Of a stretch of 64,000 bases of DNA, positions 1 to 11,269 are shown piece after piece. How positions within the stretch are numbered: position 1 is the stretch's first letter; every line of letters starts with the position of its first letter. This DNA comes from Squalus acanthias (Eukaryota): the NCBI GenBank assembly GCA_030390025.1, contig CM059431.1, forward strand, positions 107,200,001 through 107,264,000, read 5' to 3'. Position numbers and translations under genes: made by a program. Below the pieces are notes generated by a model. That model was not told the origin of the DNA, did not search any database, and was given only the letters and a program-made list of their open reading frames with translations.

Positions 1-1655
1 TAGGTTTGGACTGAGGACCTGCCTCTTCTCCCTCTTTCTGCCCCTCACTAACCTCTCCCTTTCCACACTATGTCACCCCACCCCCCACTTCTATGTCTCT
101 GTCCCCCTCTGAATCCTTACTCTCGAGCTCTTCTGTAACCTCCCGTCCCTGCTCCCCGTCAGATACATAATCTCCCTTAGAGAGGTTTCTCCAGCAGTGC
201 CACTCCCTTCGGCCTCATCTCCACCACTTACCCTTGCTCCCCGTTTCTTCTCTCTCTGGGACAATGACGCATCTGCAGCTATCTTGCTCCCTTGTGGTGT
301 CTTTGTATCCCCGCTCCCGTCCTCCTGCCCTTTTAAGGCTCTTGCCTCTTGCACCCTCTCCTTGTCTTGCCCCCTTCTGCTCCCCGAGATATCCGACTCC
401 CCGATTTTCTTTGGAGTACTTACACTTACCCCACACTCCACTCCCTCCTCCTCTCCCCCCGCGGGCACCAGATTCTTTCGGGAGAGCTGAGCCGTATTAT
501 GGTTCGAATCTGCCTTTGACCCGTGCTGCCCGCTGCTGTCTTTGTCCTTTTCCACTGTACTTGGTGTGCTTTCCACCATCTCCACGCTGTTCTCTGCTTC
601 GCAATTTTCTGCCTCTTCCTGTGTTCTTTTCTCCTTCCATTCACCAGCTTTGTCCTCCGCCTGCACCGCTCCTCCAGCCACTCCACTCACACCTCCTGCT
701 CCTTCTCCTTCTCCCATCTCCTCGTCACTCAAGGGGCTTCCTTCTACCTCACACTCAAAGCGGGTGGGGCCTTTGTGACACACTCCACAGCTCTCCGCCT
801 TGCAGCTCCGAGCGATGTGTCCAGACTCACCGCAGTTATAGCAGTACAAGTTTGGACAGCTTCATACAAGATTGTCGTGCCCAAGACAATAATAACAAAC
901 CTTCACCTGGTTATCATGCAGTACCTGGAATTACTGCACTCCTTCCATTGTCTCGAATTTCATGCTATATGGCAATGACTTCACCCCCTCTGGGAACCAT
1001 ACCTTTACATAATGGGTTCCATCTGCTACCCGCGTTCCTGGATAGTATCTCCTTTTTACTGCCGAGTAAATTTTAATGTCACATGACTCCAACATTTTTA
1101 TTAGCACATCATCTGCAATATAAACCAGCAGGTTTAAGAATGAGACCACCACCTCTTCAGAATATAGCAGAGAAATCTCCAAGAATTTATCTCCAACCTT
1201 CAAACTGAGTAAAAGTCTTTCCACCTCCTCTTGGCCACTGACTATCACCTCGAACCCAACATTCGGCTTTGGTCGGCAGGCAAAGCAGCTTCCTTCGCCG
1301 CAGTCCTCATGTACCGCCTGGATAATATCCCAAGCTTGTATCTCCTTATCCTCGCACTGAACCACCACCGTGTTTTTTTTTCAAAATCTCCTGGGGTCCC
1401 GGCCCAAATCTTTGGGCCTTTAGTTCTCCCTTCCCCCCACATTTTATTCCCTAATTAAATTCATCCTGGGAACATTGTCCTCTAAGGAGCCCGGCACTCT
1501 GGGCTCCTCAGCAGCCATCTGGCTGATGTTTAAGGACCAAAAAGGCCTAAAACCTGAAAAAAAAAACTACCACCAACTTTTTACAAACTCACTCCAACTC
1601 CCTGCAGTAATCAAACACCCAGCAGCACCTGCTCACTCCTAGCCCCTACCACCTA
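1..1655 (-). mobile_element. 5' part of an L1/Tx1-clade non-LTR retrotransposon (5' UTR plus ORF1), continuing off the left edge
   Basis: Gag-like ORF1 with zinc knuckles (CYNCGESGHIARSC) and a ZCCHC3-like region (VVVSFLNLLVYIADD...RRYYPGTRVADGTHYVKVWFP), preceded by about 140 bp of putative UTR. Confidence 0.75.
91..1518 (-). pseudogene. Decayed Tx1-type ORF1 (RRM-like region plus zinc knuckles)
   Basis: The ATG at 1518 and ORFs 931..1368 and 91..849 share one frame broken by several in-frame stops. Three CxxC knuckle-like motifs are followed by a low-complexity charged tail. Confidence 0.75.
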
Positions 1656-1686
1656 GAGAGTGCTACCCACTGAGCCACGGCTGACA
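1656..1686 (-). mobile_element. First 31 nt of a tRNA-derived SINE head
   Basis: Reverse complement TGTCAGCCGTGGCTCAGTGGGTAGCACTCTC matches the heads of the SINEs at 27354 and 38025. Confidence 0.8.
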
Positions 1687-2442
1687 ATCTATACTTTCTG
1701 TTGATGAATTACATACCATTGTGCTCAAAATGGTGCTAAGCATCAGTGCTCACGTGGACATAAATTTTACCATTGAACTTCCTACTGGCTATTTCAAGGG
1801 AGTTTTATACCACAGGAATAATTGTATGCTTCTTTTTGATAGTGTTTACTGGAAAGCGAAGGTTGCATCCTTGAGAAGTATGGGGAAGTTGAACAGAAAG
1901 CTTTCCTCAAGTACCAGCATCCCATAATTATAAGTGTTTATAGGCTGTGTGATGTGTTCTTTTTCCATTGTGGTCAGTGACTGTTGACTAAATGTATTCA
2001 GCCCTAGCGTGAAGGACATTTTATACGTGGGCAGAGATGACTAAGGGATGTGGTCCATACAGAAGAGATTTCTATGAAGAGCCGCAGAGAAAGGGTTTCA
2101 GAAGAGAAACACATTCAAGAAGAGGACCCCACCTTCTTTCTGTTTTGTTCCTATAGTGAAATAAATATTGCCTTCTAATGAGGTCAAAAAATACAGAGTT
2201 CCTATTACAATAAAGGGCTTTAGTTTCATTGTCCTTTCTGTACAAATTAGCAATAGGTAGGGATGGAAATCTTCCCGCACCCCGCCCTCCCCACCCCCAC
2301 CCCCCACCCCGCCCATAGCAGTTCTGGAAATAACAGGCATCTCTGAGCTGGAAATAAGTTGTAACCAAGAAAAACTCTTGATGTTGTGTGATGTGATGTG
2401 ATGAATACTTGTTGTGACTGCTTAACTTTCCTGTATTTACAG

Positions 2443-2528
2443 ATTTGCAGTATCTAGCTATTACTTACATGATACTGATGATGGATGTCAGATTGTAAAG
2501 ACAAAACTAATCTCATGGGGGAGATTTT
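2443..2528 (+). other. Candidate short host exon containing an ATG (MSDCKDKTNLMGEI, phase-2 end)
   Basis: CTTAAC branch-like site, pyrimidine tract and TACAG acceptor, with a TT|GTAAGT donor. Lies in non-repetitive DNA downstream of GC boxes at about 2280-2315. Out-of-frame upstream ATGs weaken the call. Confidence 0.3.
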
Positions 2529-2740
2529 GTAAGTTTGATATTATCATTTTCATTTTCTTGATTTTTTAACCAATATATTATCCAGACATTAATGTTGCAC
2601 TGCCTGGATGGCTGGCAGGCGATAAATATTTAGATAAGTGCCACCTTTGCAGTGGTGACTCAATGATTCAATGGGACATTGCTATAAGCATTGCCTCACA
2701 GTGTCAGGAAGTTTGGAAAGCATTTTACAACATTGACAAG

Positions 2741-3456
2741 GGCCCAAAATTTGCGATCGGAGGCTTCCCGCGGGCGGATGCCTCCAACTTGTAAATAAAT
2801 CTACGAATGTACCTGGTGGCCCGGGAGATATGGAGACTCGCGATCCTGGGCCTCTCCGGGTCCGCGCGGGCAGAGGCCCACGTATCCCAGGGGTGCAGGT
2901 GGTTTGCAAGCGCCCCTGGGATCATGTGGGCCGGCCCAACCAATAAAAGAAGGGAATCCCCATTCATACTAATGGGAGATGCGTATGTACAGAAACCCCG
3001 TAAGTATGAATGGGGATCACTTAAAAAATACATGAACACATTTTTTTTTAAATTACATATTTAAAATTAATTAAAATGTCATTTATATGTTTTAATGGGG
3101 CTAAAAATAAACGTACCATATTGGACAGGGTTTTTAATGTATAAATGAGTGATAAAATTTTATTTTTCTATTTTTTAAAACTCTTACGCTGGTAAAAGCA
3201 GGCCTTACGCCGGCTTTTACCAGGCGTAAGACTTTCACAGGCATTCAGCGGGCAGAAGTTGGGCAACTAGCGCAACTCTCCACCCGCAGAGGCCCGTCTC
3301 CCGGGGATGCGGAGGATCTGTCAAGAGGGCTCTTGACAGATCGCAAGTGCTGGGTTTCAGCGCGTGCGCTTCGCCTGCCTGAACCCGGAACTTGCGCGGC
3401 CCCAACGGGTGCGGGCACACCTCGTACGCATCCGTCGGGGTCGCAGAATACAGCCC
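2741..3456. mobile_element. PIF/Harbinger-type MITE
   Basis: Imperfect terminal inverted repeats (TIRs) GGCCCAAAATTTGCGA / TCGCAGAATACAGCCC, AAG on both flanks, GC-rich arms and an AT-rich core. Confidence 0.65.
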
Positions 3457-3717
3457 AAGGCCTCCAAAATTTTGTTACTGTATTGGAAGAGAATATGATA
3501 AAACTAGTATACAAGAAAAGACAAAACTATATAGTCGAGAAAGCATTCCTTAAATTTTCTGTTTTAAGCTATTGCATTTAATACTCGTTCACTATTGGAG
3601 TACAGAGAAGTAGCCTATGACTAGCAAAGTGGCTGGGAAATGTGGGAATAATTTGATAGATGAACAGCAACGTTAATGGCCATTTTTATTCTGTAAATGT
3701 ATCAGTTTAACTATTCA

Positions 3718-5310
3718 GGCCGAAAGTTTCTATTAGGTGGTGTTAATTTTTTCAATGCAATTCACCCGAAATCGGCTAAACCAGTGCAAAAAACTGAGGA
3801 ATTTCAAGCGTAAATTACGTCCAGCATAAATCGAGTTTCTGTGATTGTTTTGCATTAGTTTAAAAGTCGTCGCACGAGAATCTGGGCCCGCCTGCAAAAC
3901 TGACCACGTCCCCAAATCGAATTCATCACCATTGGGAGTTTCCACTAATTGCGCCCATTTGCGGGCCTTCGAGGAGGCTCTTAAAATTAAGCAGCTTTTT
4001 TTTTTAGATGCGAGGACACTAATAGGCATGTTTTAAAAGCTTTTAAATATATTTATTAATTTACTAAGAAACTGACTACTGTTCACCAATGAAACTAGTA
4101 AATGGCTCTGTATAGTTTTTGTTTAAGTGATTTTCAGTTATTTAAAATCGGGCTACTCGCAGGTGGTGGATTAGACACACTGGGCTGGATTTTCAATGAC
4201 CCGTGGAGTCGGGTTTGGAGGTGGGGGGGGGGGGGTTAAAGTTGCAGATTCGGGGGTCCCGACCCCATCCCGCCTCCAACCCACCTCCATGTCAGTTTCT
4301 CTGGCAGCGGGTACCCGACCTGTGCTGAGACCCGACTCCCCGAGGCGGGAAGGGATTAGTGACAATTAGCTGCCTGTTAACAGGTAGTTAACAGACAGTT
4401 TTTTGCATAATCCCTATTTTAAAAAGAAAAGTGTGGGCTTCCCGACAGGTGGCAACCACGCCAAGTTATCGGGGCGGGCCATGGGTCTGCAGGGGTTGGA
4501 GGGGTCGATATGTCCGGTGGACAGGTGAGTGATGGGTGCATGTGTGCAGAGGTAAGTGTGTAAGGTAAGTGCTAAGTGTTGGAAAAAGTTTTACTTACCT
4601 TAACTTCCTCCTGCAGGTGTCAGCCCTTCAGTTCTCGGGAGTTAGAAATCTCACCGGCACAGAAAGCAGGAAAGCCGTGGACCTGCCAAAAACTGCAGCC
4701 TTCTGTTTTCTGTGCTGGAATGATTTCTAACTCAGCCTGAGAGGAAGGACTGAAGTTAGAAATCATATTGTAAGTGTTTGACAGCTTCACAGAGCTGTCA
4801 AACGCTGATATTTTATCTGTCAAAAGCTCTTGACAGATGAAATGTCAGTCTGTGACGTCACCTGTTGCCGGGTGGCCCTTAATTGGCCTGCTGAGCCCAT
4901 TGGGCGGGCTCAACAAGGTCAATCAAGGGAAAATACAGTGGGTTGGCCACATCTCGATGGAGGCGGGTTCACAAGCCAGAATGTGTGATTCCTGACCCCA
5001 ACCCGACCCCAGATTCAAAATCCAGCCCACTAATTAGAAGGGCTTATTTTTGGTGATAAACCCATTTTCAGCTGTATTAATCAAGCTGCACCAGGTTACC
5101 GCTCTTAAATATATCAAGGAATATTTTTTAATGCAAAATTTTAAAAGAAAACTTACGTCCTAAAACACTGCCCGATCCGTTTTTTTCATGGAATATTTTA
5201 CATTCGGCAATATGCAAATGAGTTTGAGAGGAAACTTGAGGAAAAAATTCATTCTGCTAAATTAGTGCAATTTTGAGAGCAATTTGCGCCCAAAGTGGAA
5301 ACTCTTGGCC
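3718..5310. mobile_element. Harbinger-type non-autonomous element interrupted by a second MITE
   Basis: TIRs GGCCGAAAGTTTC / GAAACTCTTGGCC. A related copy lies in reverse orientation at about 41809-42960. Confidence 0.7.
4182..5028. mobile_element. Harbinger MITE with ACT TSD
   Basis: TIR GGGCTGGATTTT...AAAATCCAGCCC, with ACT at 4179-4181 and 5029-5031. Ends are related to the elements at 32655 and 43224. Confidence 0.85.
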
Positions 5311-5429
5311 GAGATGTCATGCCACTGGGAAAAAAAATGCTCATTGTCCCTGCCATGGGCTATACTGCAAAAGGCAAGGTGGAACTAAAAAGCAAAAAAG
5401 AAAGACTTTCATTTATATAGCACCTTTCA

Positions 5430-5843
5430 TGAATTCTCCTTGGAGCAGAGAAGGCTAAGAGGAGCTTTGATAGAGGTGTTTACAATCATGAAGGATTTAG
5501 ATAGAGTAAATAAAGAGAAACTGTTTCCAATGGCTGAAGCGTCGATAACGAGAGGACACAGATTTAAGGTGATTGGCAAAAGAACCAGAGGCGACATGAG
5601 GAAAACCTTTTTTACGCAACGAGCGATTAGGATTTGGAATGCACTGCCTGATAGGGTGGTGGCTACAGATTCAATAGTAGCCTTCAAAAGGGAATTGGAT
5701 AAATATTGAAGGAGAAAAAATTGCGCAGGAGTATGGGGAAAGAGCGGGGGAGTGGGACTAACTGGATTGCTCTTCGAAAGAGCCGGCACAGACTCGATGG
5801 GCCGAATGGCCTCCTTCTGTGCTGTACTATTCTATGATTCTAT
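5430..5843 (+). mobile_element. CR1 LINE 3' fragment
   Basis: LEQRRLRGALIEVFTIM...RGHRFK...FFTQR..RIWNALP followed by an (ATTCTATG)n-like tail. Confidence 0.9.
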
Positions 5844-5861
5844 AACTCAGGATATCCCAAA

Positions 5862-6250
5862 GGGGGGAAGGGGAGGAAAGAACAAAAGAGAAGGTCTGTG
5901 ATAGGGTGGAAGACAGGTGTGATTAGATGACAGAAGATATGCTTGCACAAAGCAAAAGGAGGTGGCAATGGGATTTGTACAATCATATCTTTTGTAATTT
6001 AATCTCTCCTGCATTCCATCCTATCACAGACCTTCCCTTTTGTTCTTTCCTCCCTTCCCCCATTTCCCAGCCTCTGTACTTGTTTAAAATCTGTTACATC
6101 TCTAACTTTTTCCAGTTCTGATGTAAGGTCAGCGACCTGAAATGTTAACTCTGTTTCTCTCTCCTCAGATGCTGCCTGACCTGCTGAGTATTTCCAATAT
6201 TTTCTGTTTCTATTTCAGATTTCCAGCATCTGCAGTATTTTGCTTTTGTC
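5862..6250 (+). mobile_element. Penelope-like 3' end with a short inverted segment
   Basis: About 5862-5940 is the reverse complement of about 5985-6060. The 3' end matches the PLE termini at 34584 and 59592. A degenerate hammerhead-like motif lies at about 6112-6150. Confidence 0.7.
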
Positions 6251-6619
6251 TCATTATTGTAGGAATCCACAACATTTATGGGCTCATAATTTGACTGAAT
6301 AATCTTCACGTTACATAAGCCCATGTCCCAGTACTGACTGAAGCATTAGTTCTGGCACAGGCACTGAACATGTTGCCAATGGCTTGACTGTTACTGAGAT
6401 ACCTACTTGCCTGGTTATAACTTTAATGGACTGGGCTTTGTGGGCCGAATGGCCTTTCTCACTCTTACTTTTTATGTTACGGTACGTTCTAATTGCCAGG
6501 AAGTTGAGAGTTGCACTTTAGGTGATCAGGATACTTTAAGCAGTATTATTAACATTTCTAGAGGGATAGAATTGAAAAAAAGAGAAGTCATGTTAAACTT
6601 GGATAGAACCTTGGTTAGA

Positions 6620-7010
6620 CCACACTTTTTAACATCACTCACAACAATTCACTACCTGAAATAATAAACACTTTTAATTGTTCATATTCTAGGCCAGAGA
6701 GGTTGTTTGACAATAATTAACAATTATCGTGTCGTTAAAAGGCTGTTAATTACTAGATTTAACTTTCTGAGGCTGGTTAATGGGCAATTAATGTGCAAAT
6801 GCACCAACTTCTTGAAAATCATGGGGAAGTTCAGGGCGAGATGCTGTTTTCACGAGGTTAATGGCGGGGTGGCGCAAATTGGCCAGCAACTTGAGGTGAT
6901 TCGCAAATCACGCCGCATCTCATCCTCGCCAAGTTGCCAGCCGTTGTCCACGTTAGTAACGGCGTGCGTCGTTCACACACCGTTATGTTTTTCAGCAAAT
7001 TCTGGACCAA
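6620..7010. mobile_element. Partial non-autonomous DNA element related to 50868-51702
   Basis: Shared segments (ggccagagaggtt, aattaacaatta) and a GCAAATTCTGGACC end. Confidence 0.5.
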
Positions 7011-9832
7011 CATTCTTTCGATACCCCATTCTGCTTCTCCACTCACCATGCTCCACTGTAAACTCGGATGATCATTTTCCAGGGCTGTCCCAATCCTTGG
7101 TGGTTTCCTCACTCACCCTGCAGGGAGGTGTCTGGCCTCAGCCCTGCATGTCCTGTCCCACATCACCCTGATTCTGGAGCCTGAGGAACTGTACCCTAGT
7201 TTTATTCTACATATTCAGCAGGAAAGAAAATAGGAGACGTTTTTTAAAAAAAAATCACCACACTTGAAGATTAAAACTTTGTAAATTAGGAAACTGGCTG
7301 CGATCTATTTATCAATAAAATATATATAAAATGGCATTTCTCACAGTGAGCCAGAGGATATGCTGTTTTTTTAAATAATGGTTGTGTTATACCATACAAT
7401 TTACAATTTAATATCAGGGCCACTGATTTACGATAACTGAATATGTTAAGTTTTTATTACATGATATTCTGGATATTTTATCAACGCTTTGGGCATTGGA
7501 TTATACAACTCTCTGCATTATTCTGTGAAAGTGTAAATGAGTGCATTTATTTTCTGTATTTCCCTTCACTTATGGATTTAATTTTGATTCTTTATCATTT
7601 TTGAAGCTGGAGTTAAACAGTAAGATGCCATGCAAGTTGTATAAAGTGGAACTGGCAGTGTTGGGGAAGGAGCTGGAGTTTAGATGCATAAGAACATATG
7701 AATTAGCGGCAGGAATAGACCATCCGGCCCCTCGAGCCTGCTCCGCCATTCAATAAGATCATGGCTGATCATTGACCTCAACTCCACTTTCCCGCCCGAT
7801 CCACATATCCCTCGATTCCCCTAGAGTCCAAACATCTATCTATCTCAGCCATGAATATACTCAACGATTCAGCATCCACAGCCCTTTGGGGTAGAGAATT
7901 CCAAAGATTCACAACCCTCTGAGTGAAGAATTCATCCTCATCTCAGTCTTAAATGGCCGACCCCTTTATCCTGAGACTATGCCCCCTAGTTCTAGACTCC
8001 CAGTCAGGGGAAACAACTTCTCAGCATCTACCCTGTCAATCCCCCTTCAGAATCTTATATGTTTCAATGAGATCACCTCTCATTCTTCTAAACTCCAGAG
8101 AGTATAGGCCAATCTACTCAATCTCTGCTCATAGGACAGCCTTCTCATCCCAGGAATCAATCTAGTGAACCTTTGTTGCACCGCCTCCAAGACAAGTATA
8201 TTCTTCCTCAGCTGAGGAGACCAAAACTGTGCACAGTACTCCAGGTAGCCCTGTACAATTGTAGCAAGACTTCCTTACTCTTGTACTCCAACCTCCTTGC
8301 AATAAAGGCCACCCATCCCTCTATTGCTATTTGCGCTCCTAATTGCTTACTATACCTGCAAGCTAACTCTCTGTGTTTCGTGTACAAGGACATCTAAATC
8401 TCTCTGAACACGAATATTTAATAGTTTCTGACCATATAAAAAAAAATCTGTTTTTTTGTTCTTCCGAAAAAAGTGAATAACCTCACATTTCCCTGCATTA
8501 TACTCCATTATTGCCCACTCACTTAATCTATCACTTAATCTTTGCAGGCTCTTTGGCCTGGATTTTACCAACATCGGCGGATCCGTGATGGGCGACATCG
8601 ATGGCGGGTCCCGGCCTCACTGCTGGCTCCAGCCCGCTGTCCAAAATGATTTTCCCCTGATTGGGCTTGTTAAGCCCGCCCAGCGTGTTTGCTGGCCAAT
8701 TGAAGGAAGCGGGTCTGATGACATCATTCGATGACGCGTCATCAGCCGGTTTCCTTAAAGGGAACATGGCCATATTCATTTTGACAGTTGTGCTGTCAGT
8801 GTTCTACAGCATTGAGGTGCTGCAAACACTGACAAGCACTGCACAGAGGTGCACATCTGCACGCAGGCTCTCCCATGATTCCCTCCATATGCTTATGGAA
8901 GGAGTCACAGCACGCAGAGAGGTTCTCTTCCCTTCCAATGGGCAGAAGAGACCTCCCCAGGAGACCAACGCAGCCTGGTTGCACATTGCACGGAAGGACA
9001 CAAGCATGGATATCGTCAGGAGAACTAGGCTGCAGTGGCGCAAACCTTTCAATAATCTCAGTAGATCATGAAACATTATTGCAAAGCCACACTCAACCTC
9101 GTTCTGCAGTGCCTCTCATCACATCCCCATCACTCTGCCTTCCCTACCCTACTCCTGCACATCCTTACTCACACCAACTTACCTTGCACCTCCACCCATC
9201 CCTCTCTATCTACATTATCACTTCCCCATCTCACTAGGCACACCTCACACTCACCCTCAATCATACAAACTAACAACACACAAAGGTAGGCACTTGTTCA
9301 TGTAAATTTTCTGTTAATGTGTGTCAAACATTGAAAACTTTATTTTCAACACATTGCGTTCTTGGACAGATTTGAGTGAACCTTTGGAAGTGGCTTAGTG
9401 AGTTGCAGTGAATGGTGAGATGTAACGGTAACCCCAGAAATGGTGATGAGTATGAAATGAATACTTGGGCATTGTAGGGATGCTTTATGGTGCTGGTGTG
9501 GGGTGGTACCAACCTGGCGCATCATGTGGCAGCCAGGGTGTACAGCCTCAAGTGAAGTAAATCTGGCCGTGGTGAGGCCATCCCTGGCGTCCTGGGCTGC
9601 AATGTGGTCGGGTGCTGATGCCCTCTGTCCTGTGCAGCATCAGTTGATTGCGGAGAAGATTGTCGTTGTTGTTGGTGCTGCTGGTGTGCCTGGTGCTGCT
9701 GATGTTGGGGCTGATCGTGGTGGAATTCTGAGGACCAAGGTGAGACAGTATAAACCATACCCATTCTGATGTAATAGATAAAAATGAGAAGTCGCACAAC
9801 ACCAGGTTATAGTCCAACAGATTTATTTAAAA

Positions 9833-9869
9833 TTACAAGCTTTCGGAGCTGTTGCCCCTCGTCAGGTAA
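9833..9869 (-). ncRNA. Minimal hammerhead-ribozyme-like motif
   Basis: TTAC-CTGACGA-GGGGC(AACA)GCTCC-GAAAGCTT-GTAA: CUGANGA and GAAA cores, with stem I and stem II pairing. Confidence 0.65.
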
Positions 9870-9886
9870 AGGTAGACTCGGGAACA

Positions 9887-11269
9887 GTGCCCATGGATTG
9901 GAGGGTAGCTAACGTTACCCCACTATTCAAAAAGGGGGGTAGGGAAAAAGCAGGTAATTACAGACCTGTAAGCCTTACATCAGTTGTGGGCAAAATGCTG
10001 GAGTCCATCATTAAGGATGAAATAGCGGAGCACTTAGCAAATGGGGACAGGATAGGACAGAGTCAACATGGATTTACAAAGGGTAAATCGTGCTTGACTA
10101 ATCTATTGGAATTTTTTGAGGGAGTAACTGGTAAAATAGATGGGGGAGAGCCAGTAGATGTGGTGTACCTGGACTTCCAAAAGGCCTTCGACAAGGTCCC
10201 ACATAAAAGATTAGCATGGAAAATTGAAGCTCATGGGATAAAGGGGAAAGTATTGACGTGGATAGAGAATTGGCTGTCAGATAGAAAACAGAGAGTTGGA
10301 ATAAACGGCTCATTTTCTGAATGGCAGGCAGTAACAAGTGGGGTACCACAGGGATCTGTCCTGGGTCCCCAGCTGTTCACAATTTACATTAATGACCTGG
10401 ATCAGGGAGTCGGATGCAACATTTCCAAATTTGCAGACGACACTAAACTAGGAGGGGGGGTGGGCTCAGAGGAGGAGACCAGGAAGCTCCAGAGCGATTT
10501 GGACAGACTGGGTGATTGGGCGGATAAATGGCAGATGCACTATAATGTGGACAAGTGCGAAGTTATCCACCTTGGGTGCAGGAACGGGAGGGCAAATTAT
10601 TATTTAAATGGCAATAAATTGGGAGAGGGGGAAGTACAGAGAGACCTGGGTGTTCTTGTACACCAGTCACTGCAGGCGAGCATGCAGGTGCAACAGGCGG
10701 TCAAGAAGGCAAACGGTATGCTGGCCTTCATAGCAAAAGGGTTGGAATACAGGAACAGGGATACCTTGCTGCAGCTGTACAGGGCACTGGTGAGACCACA
10801 CCTCGAGTACTGTGTACAGTTTTGGTCGCCTCATCTGAGGAAAGATGTTCTTGCCATGGAGGGGGTGCAGCGGCGATTCACCAGGCTGATACCAGGAATG
10901 GCGGGATTGACCTATGAGGAGAGACTATGTAGTTTAGGGATGTACACACTGGAGTTTAGAAGATTGAGAGGGGACCTCATAGAAGTGTATAAAATTCTGA
11001 CAGGTCTAGACAGACTAGATGCAGAAGGAATGTTTCCCTTGGCGGGTGAGAACAGAACTAGAGGACATAATTTAAGGATAAGGGCTAAACCATTTAGGAC
11101 AGAAATGAGGGGGAATTTCTTCACTCAGAGGGTGGTGAACCTGTGGAACTCATTGCCACAGAGGGCAGTGTACGCCAGCTCATTAAATATATTTAAGAGG
11201 GAATTAGATATATTTCTACAGGCAAAAGGGGTTAAGGGTTACGGAGAGAAGGCGGGGACGGGATACTGA
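9887..11269 (+). CDS. 5'-truncated CR1 ORF2: RT domain and C-terminus, 460 uninterrupted codons, no endonuclease domain
   Basis: NYRPVSLTS, QHGF, YLDFQKAFDKVPH, GVPQGSVLGP and FADDTKL motifs, then a 3' UTR with a (TATGTATC)n tail to about 11367. No native start codon. Confidence 0.9.
   Translation: MPMDWRVANVTPLFKKGGREKAGNYRPVSLTSVVGKMLESIIKDEIAEHLANGDRIGQSQHGFTKGKSCLTNLLEFFEGVTGKIDGGEPVDVVYLDFQKAFDKVPHKRLAWKIEAHGIKGKVLTWIENWLSDRKQRVGINGSFSEWQAVTSGVPQGSVLGPQLFTIYINDLDQGVGCNISKFADDTKLGGGVGSEEETRKLQSDLDRLGDWADKWQMHYNVDKCEVIHLGCRNGRANYYLNGNKLGEGEVQRDLGVLVHQSLQASMQVQQAVKKANGMLAFIAKGLEYRNRDTLLQLYRALVRPHLEYCVQFWSPHLRKDVLAMEGVQRRFTRLIPGMAGLTYEERLCSLGMYTLEFRRLRGDLIEVYKILTGLDRLDAEGMFPLAGENRTRGHNLRIRAKPFRTEMRGNFFTQRVVNLWNSLPQRAVYASSLNIFKRELDIFLQAKGVKGYGEKAGTGY

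Noticed and set aside
197..1076. Plus-strand ORFs of 97-280 aa, and similar antisense ORFs over CR1, L2 and MITE copies
   Set aside because: Shadow frames of transposon sequence or GC-rich repeats with no protein motifs.
9887..11269. Stand-alone RT gene (retron-like or domesticated)
   Set aside because: It is a 5'-truncated CR1 ORF2 with a CR1 tail and no native start or endonuclease domain.
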